Below, piece after piece: positions 1 through 6,809 of a stretch of DNA of 12,445 nt (position 1 is its first letter; each line of letters starts with the position of its first letter). Origin of the DNA: Candidatus Micrarchaeia archaeon (GTDB taxonomy: Archaea; Micrarchaeota; Micrarchaeia; Burarchaeales; JAVZCV01); assembly GCA_038874215.1 (NCBI GenBank), contig JAVZCV010000028.1, positions 1-12,445 of the forward strand, written 5' to 3'. Made by a program: the position numbers and the translations under genes. The notes beneath the pieces are model-generated. The model was not told the DNA's origin. It saw only the letters and a list, made by a program, of their open reading frames with translations, and did no database searches.

Positions 1-1
1 G

Positions 2-394
2 AGGATCGCTGGCAAAAACATAGCGAACCCATTCAGCATTTTCCCGAAGGTTCGGGATTACAAGCCGCCATCTGCTAAAATCAATCTCCCCCCTTTCATC
101 GTAAACATTTCTCGTTTCCACTTGCAGCACAATGGGATTGTTTGCAATATACCTGTCTAAAATACGTCTGTAAGCCTCTGCCAGCCCCCTATGTTTTTGT
201 CTTATATCTGTAAACTCCCACCACCTGTCTCTTACTCTTAATGCAATTTCCAAAGCTTTTAACGCAGGCATCTTAACATTTCTCAAATCTCCTATCGGCC
301 AAGCGAAAAAGCATCTCCTAGGCATCAAAGCCATGGGTCCACGGTTCTGGTGACCTTGAACACGATTTTTATTCTGTTGCATCGCATTTGCCAT
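2..394 (-). CDS. Hypothetical protein, 3'-truncated by the window edge (at least 131 aa)
   Basis: Manual translation from ATG at 394 is stop-free to the window edge: MANAMQQNKNRVQGHQNRGPMALMPRRCFFAWPIGDLRNVKMPALKALEIALRVRDRWWEFTDIRQKHRGLAEAYRRILDRYIANNPIVLQVETRNVYDERGEIDFSRWRLVIPNLRENAEWVRYVFASDP. GGGGTGGT SD at 398-405 and minus-strand CAAAG-TTTATAAT promoter at 427-439. No family recognised. Confidence 0.75.
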   Translation of the reverse strand, partial: MANAMQQNKNRVQGHQNRGPMALMPRRCFFAWPIGDLRNVKMPALKALEIALRVRDRWWEFTDIRQKHRGLAEAYRRILDRYIANNPIVLQVETRNVYDERGEIDFSRWRLVIPNLRENAEWVRYVFASDP

Positions 395-413
395 ATTACC
401 ACCCCAAAACCAG

Positions 414-450
414 CCGAAGTGCTTATATTATAAACTTTGGACTATAAAAA
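414..450. promoter_or_regulatory. Overlapping divergent archaeal-type promoters (BRE/TATA) for the hypothetical gene and the EndoQ-family gene
   Basis: Minus strand: CCAAAG-TTTATAAT (TATA 427-434) just upstream of the SD at 398-405. Plus strand: CCGAAGTGC-TTATATTATAAA (TATA region 423-434), about 24-35 nt before ATG 458, which has no SD and so fits a leaderless mRNA. Confidence 0.55.
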
Positions 451-457
451 CATATGC

Positions 458-1690
458 ATGCGCCTCACAGCAGATTTTCATATCCATTCTCGTTTTAGCA
501 GGGCAACAAGCACGGATATGGGCATACGTGAACTATCAGAGGGGGCAGTCGTAAAAGGGATTGACATAGTGGGAACTGGGGATTTCACGCATCCCAAATG
601 GCTTGCCGAACTGAGGTCCTCACTCCAACCAGCAGAAAACGGGCTTTTCATGCATGGCAAAACGCTCTTTGTGCTCTCCGCAGAGGTCAGCAACGTTTTT
701 GAAGAAAAGAGGGCGATGAAGAAGGTGCATACAGTGATTCTTGCCCCATCCTTTGATGTCGTTGAGCAGATAAACGATGCGCTGTCAAAACACGGCGAGC
801 TTGACGCGGATGGGAGGCCAACGCTTGACATGCCTTGCTCAGAGCTATCCGAAATCATTAACTCAATATGCAGAGACTGCCTTCTCATACCCGCCCACGC
901 ATGGACTCCGTGGTTCTCAGTTTTTGGTTCGCGAAGCGGATTCAACAGCATTGAAGAATGCTTTGAAGACCAGTCAAAAAACATATATGCGATTGAAACG
1001 GGTCTTTCCTCCGACCCTGCGATGAACTGGCGTGTTAGCTCACTTGATAAGTACGCACTTGTTTCAAACTCTGATGCCCACTCACCGCACAACATCGGCA
1101 GGGAGGCGAACGTGTTTGAAATAAAAAAGCCTTCATATTATGAAATCATTGATGCCATTAAGAAAAAGGACGAGCGCTTTGTCATGACGATAGAGTTCTT
1201 CCCAGAGAAGGGAAAATACCACTACGATGGGCATAGGAATTGCAATGTGTCCCTGCATCCGAGGGAAACGATAAAATACAAGAACATCTGCCCAGTTTGC
1301 AGGAAACCGCTTACCCTCGGAGTGTTGCATAGGGTTGAAGAACTTGCGGACAGAGAGGAGGGGTTTATGCCAAAGAACGCAAAGCCCTACATGAGCGTTC
1401 TTCCGCTTGAAGAGCTGATTGCAAAGGCTTTGGGCACAACGCCATCCTCTAAAAAATCCCGCTCAATCTACAATTTGCTCATAGAGAGGTTTGGCAATGA
1501 GCTTGGCGTTTTCAGTGCAAGAAGCGGGGATATTTACGAAATCTGCCCAGAACTTGCACCTATTATGGATGCTGTGAAAAGCCGCACAATAAGGATAAAG
1601 CCTGGCTACGACGGCGTATATGGGGAAGTCGAACTAAAACCTGCAAGCGATAGGGCGAACCAGAAAACACTCGGAGAATTTTTCGTCTAA
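458..1690 (+). CDS. Endonuclease Q-family protein (PHP domain + zinc finger, TIGR00375-like) with C-terminal PIP box
   Basis: PHP motifs DFHIHSRFSRATS, GTGDFTHP, IPAHAWTPW, IETGLSSD, SNSDAHS and GREAN. Zn-site motifs GKYHYDGHRNC and CPVC; GVLHRVEELADR; PGYDGVYG. Ends QKTLGEFF. ATG 458 preferred over the track's TTG 437 because the family motif begins right after it. No helicase domain is fused. Confidence 0.88.
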   Translation: MRLTADFHIHSRFSRATSTDMGIRELSEGAVVKGIDIVGTGDFTHPKWLAELRSSLQPAENGLFMHGKTLFVLSAEVSNVFEEKRAMKKVHTVILAPSFDVVEQINDALSKHGELDADGRPTLDMPCSELSEIINSICRDCLLIPAHAWTPWFSVFGSRSGFNSIEECFEDQSKNIYAIETGLSSDPAMNWRVSSLDKYALVSNSDAHSPHNIGREANVFEIKKPSYYEIIDAIKKKDERFVMTIEFFPEKGKYHYDGHRNCNVSLHPRETIKYKNICPVCRKPLTLGVLHRVEELADREEGFMPKNAKPYMSVLPLEELIAKALGTTPSSKKSRSIYNLLIERFGNELGVFSARSGDIYEICPELAPIMDAVKSRTIRIKPGYDGVYGEVELKPASDRANQKTLGEFFV

Positions 1691-2640
1691 CTCTGCCCCC
1701 TTTTTCTAAAAAAACCAATCCCGATTAGCGCAAAAAAAGCCGACATGGCAATCAGCAGTTTAAGGTTTTCGTTGTCCAAATGCACTATTTCCGATGCGCC
1801 ATCGCAATACTTCGTTTCGTATTTCGTGTTCCTGAAAAAATTCACAGAGCCCTCCTCTGCCTTCACATCGTATTGGGAGGAGAAAGTGATGAGCGTATCC
1901 TCAACGCTGTTGTTTGAGGAATTATAAAAAACGAGCGAATTCACAGCGCCAATGAGAGCGCTGTTCCTTATAGAATTTCCTTTTGATGAACGCAGTCCGA
2001 TGTTGTAGAAAACGCTTGAAAAGTTCGTTTTCATTATACTGCAATTCTCCGAAAAGATCATCCCTATGCCCTCGTTGTTTCCATCAAAAACGTTATCCAC
2101 AATAAAGTCCCCCTTTTCTGTGTTCATTACAACACCCACGTTATTCTCATAAAAACCGCTTTTTTCTATCATGCACATACTGCTGTTGAAAAAAGCGGCA
2201 CCGACACTGTTTTTTTCCATAACGCTGTTTATTATGCGGCAGTTTTTTGAGTGAGCGACATAAACCCCCTTATCGTTATCACTGAATATCCCGCCAGAGA
2301 CTGATACACGAGTAGAATATCTTATGCCAACACCCTCAGCACAATTCCGTGCGGTGCTACCAACCAAATAAACATCATCAGAAAATTCAACAGCAATCCC
2401 AACTGTGAAGTTCTCAACCGTGCAGTTTCTTATCCTTGCGCCATTCGCCCTAACCCTCACCCCAACGCTTCCCACACTTTCATTCCCTAATATTTTTTTC
2501 CCCATGCAGTTAAGCTCGCCACCCAAAACAATAAAACACGAATTTGTATCATTATAAAGAAAATAATCACCGCTTATTATCGTGCAGTTTTGGGCATTCG
2601 CTAATAAAACCGCTAATAAAAGTGCGCAGAGCAAGCGCAT
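1687..2640 (-). CDS. Secreted, C-terminally membrane-anchored right-handed parallel beta-helix (NosD/CASH/pectin-lyase-like) protein
   Basis: Signal peptide MRLLCALLLAVLLANA. About 22-aa repeats of the type N..G(I/V).(V/L)..S.N..I..N/S. C-terminal hydrophobic helix LLIAMSAFFALIGIGFF followed by RKR. About 10 N-x-S/T sequons. ATG 2640 with GTGGT upstream preferred over TTG 2652. Confidence 0.8.
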   Translation of the reverse strand: MRLLCALLLAVLLANAQNCTIISGDYFLYNDTNSCFIVLGGELNCMGKKILGNESVGSVGVRVRANGARIRNCTVENFTVGIAVEFSDDVYLVGSTARNCAEGVGIRYSTRVSVSGGIFSDNDKGVYVAHSKNCRIINSVMEKNSVGAAFFNSSMCMIEKSGFYENNVGVVMNTEKGDFIVDNVFDGNNEGIGMIFSENCSIMKTNFSSVFYNIGLRSSKGNSIRNSALIGAVNSLVFYNSSNNSVEDTLITFSSQYDVKAEEGSVNFFRNTKYETKYCDGASEIVHLDNENLKLLIAMSAFFALIGIGFFRKRGQS

Positions 2641-2652
2641 TAAACCACGCAA

Positions 2653-3051
2653 TTAGAATGGCGTTACTGTCTTGTATATCTTCTCCAAGGCCTTAGCAAC
2701 GCCCCTCGCGCTCACTATGCCTACTATCTTGCCATCCTTGTCAACGGCAGGAATTCGGCGCACTTTGTATCTGTTGAGGAATTCGCTTGCCTCAAGAATT
2801 GTTGCGTCTGCGCTTATCGTTATTATCTTTTCAGTCATTATGTCCTGAGCTTCTGTCTTCTCGGGGTCTTTGCCAGCCGCCACGACCTTGCATATTATGT
2901 CCCTCTCAGTGAGAATACCGCATATCTCGTCTCCCCTCTTCACCATAACCGAGCCTATGTCCTTGTTCCTCATTACCTCTGCAACGCCCTTCACGCTCTC
3001 ATTTGCGCTAACCAAAGTTATCTCGTGCATTATGTCCTTTATCCTGACCAT
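2653..3051 (-). CDS. Stand-alone CBS-domain pair (Bateman module) protein
   Basis: IKDIM...VAEVMRNKDIGSVMV...GILTERDI and AQDIMT...RRIPAVDKDGKIVGIVS are typical tandem CBS repeats. ATG 3051 preferred over 3105; TTAAAAAT box lies 22-29 nt upstream. Confidence 0.9.
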   Translation of the reverse strand: MVRIKDIMHEITLVSANESVKGVAEVMRNKDIGSVMVKRGDEICGILTERDIICKVVAAGKDPEKTEAQDIMTEKIITISADATILEASEFLNRYKVRRIPAVDKDGKIVGIVSARGVAKALEKIYKTVTPF

Positions 3052-3072
3052 GCATATAGAATAACTCCCAAT

Positions 3073-3080
3073 ATTTTTAA
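3073..3080 (-). promoter_or_regulatory. Putative TATA box for the CBS and beta-helix transcription unit
   Basis: TTAAAAAT on the minus strand at the spacing expected for a leaderless or short-leader start near ATG 3051. Confidence 0.4.
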
Positions 3081-3098
3081 TTGCATGCGTTCCACCCA

Positions 3099-3147
3099 TA
3101 ACCACGTTCGGTTAAAATAACTTTTCATTTAACATGATAACAGGTGG
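3099..3147 (+). promoter_or_regulatory. Putative pur operon promoter: TATA-like TTAAAATA (3112-3119), overlapping inverted repeat TAACC-N6-GGTTA (3099-3114) and SD AGGTGG (3142-3147)
   Basis: Motifs read directly from the CBS/purL intergenic region. Spacing suggests a transcription start near 3140 and a TTG start at 3152 or 3155. Confidence 0.45.
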
Positions 3148-5482
3148 AATTTTGTTGCAGGAGTTAGACAGGTTTTTAGTTCTATCAAAATTCCCAGACG
3201 ACGCTTCTCTATCAGAAGAGCTGAAGAGGAGAGGTCTCGGGCTGAAACCCAATGAAGTACGCATGATAGCTGGATTCCTTGGCAGGGACCCTCGCCAGAC
3301 CGAATTGAAGATTTTTGATATAGAATGGAGCGAGCACTGCTCATACAAGAGCAGCAAGGCGATTCTTAAGCGCTATCTCCACACAGATGGCCCGAACGTT
3401 GTTCTCGGGCCTGGGGAGGATTCTGGAATAGTAAGATTCGCAACGATAAATGGTGTTAGCTACTGCATTGTTATCTCCCACGAAAGCCATAACCACCCAT
3501 CGCAGGTTCTGCCCGTTGAAGGGGCAGCCACGGGAATAGGCGGGGATGTCCGAGATGTTGACTGCATGGGCGCCCATGTTATAGCAGTAGCAGACCAGCT
3601 TCGTTTTGGAGACCCTTATGGAAAGCACAAGGAGCGAGTTAAGTGGATTGCAAACGGTGTCGTTGAAGGCATATGGACATACGGCAATGCTCTTGGAGTT
3701 CCGAACATATGTGGCGATGTATTCTTTGACAGCTGCTACGATGACAATTGCCTAGTCAATGTTGTTGCGATAGGGATTGTGAAAGAGCACGAGATAATAA
3801 GGAGCAGAGTGCCAGAAGAAGGCGTTGGGTACGATATAATAATAGTGGGAAAGCCTACAGACAACAGCGGTTTCGGCGGGGTCACATTCGCATCAGAAAT
3901 ACTTGATGAAAAGAAGGAGGAAGAGAGCAAGGGGGCAGTGCAGATACCCGACCCATTCCTAAAGAACGTGCTTGCGATGAGAAAGGCTAATGCAGAGGTT
4001 TGGCGACGGGCTTTTGAGAAGGGATACAAGATAGGCATGAAGGACCTTGGAGGCGGAGGGCTTGCATGCGCAACAGGGGAGATATGCGCAAACGGAGGAT
4101 ACGGAGCAGAAATAGAGCTTGATAGGCTTCACGTTTCAATGGAAAATCTCCTGCCTGAAGTTCTCGCATGTGCCGAAACACAAGAGCGCTACGTTCTCGT
4201 AGTTCCGCCCGAGTTCACGCCAGAGGTTCTAAAAATATACAATGAGGAGTGGGATCTACCGAACATATACAAAGGCGCCCGTGCGAGCGTTGTTGGAAAG
4301 GTAATCAAAGAGCCCCGCTACATACTGAAATACAAAGGCAGAGTGGTTTGCGATATACCGATTCATAAGCTGTGCGGAGGCATTTCCTACAACAGAAAAG
4401 CAATCCCAAGAAAAATACGATACAGGGAGCCGAAATTTCCCATGCCCGACTTGAACAAGATAATGCTAAAACTTATGGCGAGTCCAAACATAGCATCGCG
4501 GGAAGCGATTTTCCGCTACTACGACACAGAAGTGCAGGGGAACACCGTAATAAGGCCCGGCGAGGCAGACGCTGGACTGGTTGTCCCAATTGAAGGTGAG
4601 AAATACGGCATCGCCCTTTCCGCCGACGGAAACCCCCGTTATGGTGCGATAAGCCCGTATTGGTGCGGAGCGAACGCAGTTGCGGAAAGCATGAGAAACG
4701 TCGCTGCAATAGGCGCAGTGCCATGGGCAATAACAGACTGCTTGAACTTCGGCAATCCTGAGAAGCCGCATGCATTCTGGGACTTTGAGGAGGCTGTCCG
4801 AGGGCTTTCCGATGCGGCAAAGCACATAAGGCTGAAAGGATATGGCGTTCCAGTCCCCATAATATCTGGAAATGTTAGTTTTTACAACGAGTCGGCAAGA
4901 GGAAAGGCAATCCTACCATCCCCATCAGTTGCATGCATAGGCATTATGCAGGATTTCACAAAAGCGATAACGATGGGCTTGAAGCAAGAGGGAAACAGGC
5001 TCGTTCTTTTGGGAGAAAGGAAAGATGAGCTCGGCGGGTCGGAGTACTACGCTCTTTTCAAGAGGATGGGCGCGAATGTTCCAAAAATAATTTTTGAGAA
5101 AGAGGAAGCCATGATACATACCGTAATAGATGCGATAGAATCGTCGTTCGTGCTTTCTGCCCATGACATATCAAACGGCGGTCTCGCCGCAACGATTGTT
5201 GAAATGGTGATAGCAGGGAGAAAAGGCGCGTGCATCTCTATAAACGGGCTTGGAGAAATGCGTGCTGATAAGATTCTATTCTCCGAATCATCGGGCTTCG
5301 TGCTTGAGGTTAAGCCAGAAAATGTGCATAGAGTATTGAAACTTTTTGAAGAGCGTGGGTTATATGCAAGGGAGATAGGGGAAGTCAAAGGGAAGAATTT
5401 CACGGTTGACTCGCTCATATCAATCGGCATAGAGGAGCTTGAGGAAGCTTGGAGAAAAGGGCTTGCCGATGCGATGGGCTGA
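3134..5482 (+). CDS. purL: Phosphoribosylformylglycinamidine (FGAM) synthase subunit PurL, small type
   Basis: WSEHCSYKSS, ESHNHPS, GAATGIGG..RD, GG.TFAS, DPF, ETQER, YDTEVQGNT, TDCLNFGNP, ISGNVSFYNE, HDISNGGL and LFSES. About 780 aa with no glutaminase domain. True start may be TTG 3152/3155 behind AGGTGG. Confidence 0.97.
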   Translation: MITGGILLQELDRFLVLSKFPDDASLSEELKRRGLGLKPNEVRMIAGFLGRDPRQTELKIFDIEWSEHCSYKSSKAILKRYLHTDGPNVVLGPGEDSGIVRFATINGVSYCIVISHESHNHPSQVLPVEGAATGIGGDVRDVDCMGAHVIAVADQLRFGDPYGKHKERVKWIANGVVEGIWTYGNALGVPNICGDVFFDSCYDDNCLVNVVAIGIVKEHEIIRSRVPEEGVGYDIIIVGKPTDNSGFGGVTFASEILDEKKEEESKGAVQIPDPFLKNVLAMRKANAEVWRRAFEKGYKIGMKDLGGGGLACATGEICANGGYGAEIELDRLHVSMENLLPEVLACAETQERYVLVVPPEFTPEVLKIYNEEWDLPNIYKGARASVVGKVIKEPRYILKYKGRVVCDIPIHKLCGGISYNRKAIPRKIRYREPKFPMPDLNKIMLKLMASPNIASREAIFRYYDTEVQGNTVIRPGEADAGLVVPIEGEKYGIALSADGNPRYGAISPYWCGANAVAESMRNVAAIGAVPWAITDCLNFGNPEKPHAFWDFEEAVRGLSDAAKHIRLKGYGVPVPIISGNVSFYNESARGKAILPSPSVACIGIMQDFTKAITMGLKQEGNRLVLLGERKDELGGSEYYALFKRMGANVPKIIFEKEEAMIHTVIDAIESSFVLSAHDISNGGLAATIVEMVIAGRKGACISINGLGEMRADKILFSESSGFVLEVKPENVHRVLKLFEERGLYAREIGEVKGKNFTVDSLISIGIEELEEAWRKGLADAMG

Positions 5483-5486
5483 TAAA

Positions 5487-6287
5487 ATGGAGAAAAAAGC
5501 AGCAGTCATCCAATACCCAGGGAGCAACTGCGAATACGAAACAGCGAGAGCGCTTCGCGAAGTAGGCATTTATGCAGAGATTTTCAGGTGGAACAGAAGC
5601 GTTGATGAGCTTGATGAATTTGATGCATACGTAATCGGGGGCGGTTTCTCATACCAAGACAGGGTTAGGGCGGGCGTTATAGCAGCAAAGGAACCAATAA
5701 TGGGTAAAGTGATGGAGGAGGCAGAAAAGGGCAAGCCCGTCCTCGGAATATGCAACGGCGCACAGGTTCTCGTTGAGAGCGGCATGATACCAGGAAACAA
5801 TTTTGGGGAAGTTGAGATGGCGCTTGCAACAAACATAATGAAAAGAAAAGGAAGGATAGTGAGAAGGGGCTATTACTGCGACTGGGTTTACCTTCTCAGC
5901 TCTTCAAAGAAAGCAAGGTGCGCATTCAACTTGGGCATAGAGAAAGGGGAGATATTGCCCATGCCCATGGCACACGCAGAGGGACGTTTTACAACAACGA
6001 AAAAAGGCCTGCTTGATGAGCTTATAGCAAACGACCAGATAGTTTTCAGATATTCAAATGAAGATGGCGATGTTATTGACGAGTTTCCCGTCAACCCAAA
6101 CGGCTCACTCTCAAACATAGCGGCGGTATGCAACCCGAAGGGAAACGTTATGGCGATAATGCCCCATCCAGAGAGGGCTTTCCACCCATGGCAAACGCCG
6201 TATTTCGTAGAGAAGAAAGGCATGGGCAGAAAACTGTTTGAATCCCTTGCAGCCTTCCTTAAAGGGGATAGAGATGGCGCGCTTTGA
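5487..6287 (+). CDS. purQ: FGAM synthase glutaminase subunit PurQ
   Basis: YPGSNCE, GGFSYQD, nucleophile motif LGICNGAQVL, AHAEGRF, NPNGS and MPHPER. ATG 5487 lies 4 nt after the purL stop. Confidence 0.96.
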   Translation: MEKKAAVIQYPGSNCEYETARALREVGIYAEIFRWNRSVDELDEFDAYVIGGGFSYQDRVRAGVIAAKEPIMGKVMEEAEKGKPVLGICNGAQVLVESGMIPGNNFGEVEMALATNIMKRKGRIVRRGYYCDWVYLLSSSKKARCAFNLGIEKGEILPMPMAHAEGRFTTTKKGLLDELIANDQIVFRYSNEDGDVIDEFPVNPNGSLSNIAAVCNPKGNVMAIMPHPERAFHPWQTPYFVEKKGMGRKLFESLAAFLKGDRDGAL

Positions 6288-6801
6288 TGTCGGCATATAC
6301 GTAAAGCTGAAAATTCCAGATGTAGTGGCAGAGACAGCCTTCAATACACTCGTTAGGCGGATGGGTTATGCCGATCTTTTGGATGCCCTTGACAGGGAGG
6401 ACTACTGGCTCATCTCACTTGAATGCGCCAACAGCGATGAAGCCAGAAGGACGGCTGAGGAAATAGTTATGAAGTGTGGTGCAATATATAACAAGAACAA
6501 GCATACCTACCGAATAGCCTTAGCTGGCGAAACGCTTGGAGACAAGAGCATTGATGTACTCGTATGGTCAAAGGGCGAAGACGGGCTCGCAGCATACGTT
6601 AAAAGCACACTTGTGAATACTCTCGGTTTCAAAAACGTGCTTGATGTGAAGGCGGGCGTTCTCTGGAAGATATACTTTAAGAATAGTGTGAGCGGCGATG
6701 CGAGAAAAGAGCTTGCAGAGAGGATTGCTGTTACCAAAAGCAGAAAAGAAGGGCTTTTCGTAAACCCGCATTCGCAGGATTATAAGGTTTTGCTCAGATA
6801 G
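6274..6801 (+). CDS. purS: PurS-like FGAM synthase subunit made of two tandem PurS domains (175 aa)
   Basis: Lies between purQ (14-nt overlap, AGGGGA SD) and purF. Each half shows the PurS pattern V.V.LK...D.....L...G(Y/F)..V.DV..G..(W/Y).I...AE.I....(L/I).N.....Y.(I/V). About twice the canonical 80-85 aa. Confidence 0.78.
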   Translation: MARFDVGIYVKLKIPDVVAETAFNTLVRRMGYADLLDALDREDYWLISLECANSDEARRTAEEIVMKCGAIYNKNKHTYRIALAGETLGDKSIDVLVWSKGEDGLAAYVKSTLVNTLGFKNVLDVKAGVLWKIYFKNSVSGDARKELAERIAVTKSRKEGLFVNPHSQDYKVLLR

Positions 6802-6809
6802 GTATTGCT

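Noticed and set aside
437-457. Upstream extensions of ORF-track starts (437, 2652, 3105, 5439, 6238, 9487, 11350)
   Set aside because: The extensions run through promoter elements or upstream genes; downstream ATGs fit family N-termini and SD/TATA spacing better.
478-1330. Antisense and alternate-frame ORFs within the EndoQ-family gene (478-1095, 777-1025, 1133-1330)
   Set aside because: Fully nested in a well-supported gene, with no motifs; typical shadow ORFs.
458-1690. UvrD/REP helicase call for the first full gene
   Set aside because: No Walker A/B or helicase motifs; only the PHP nuclease and zinc-finger portion is present.
1696-2500. A7/T7 homopolymer runs in the beta-helix gene as phase-variation tracts
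   Set aside because: The runs are short, explained by Phe/Lys codons, and the frame is intact.
2600-2621. Direct repeat GCTAATAAAA twice
   Set aside because: It encodes the repeated LLA in the signal peptide; too short and too few copies for an array.
3052-3154. Purine, ZTP or PRPP riboswitch upstream of purL
   Set aside because: The predicted leader is very short and no aptamer-like stems or consensus were seen.
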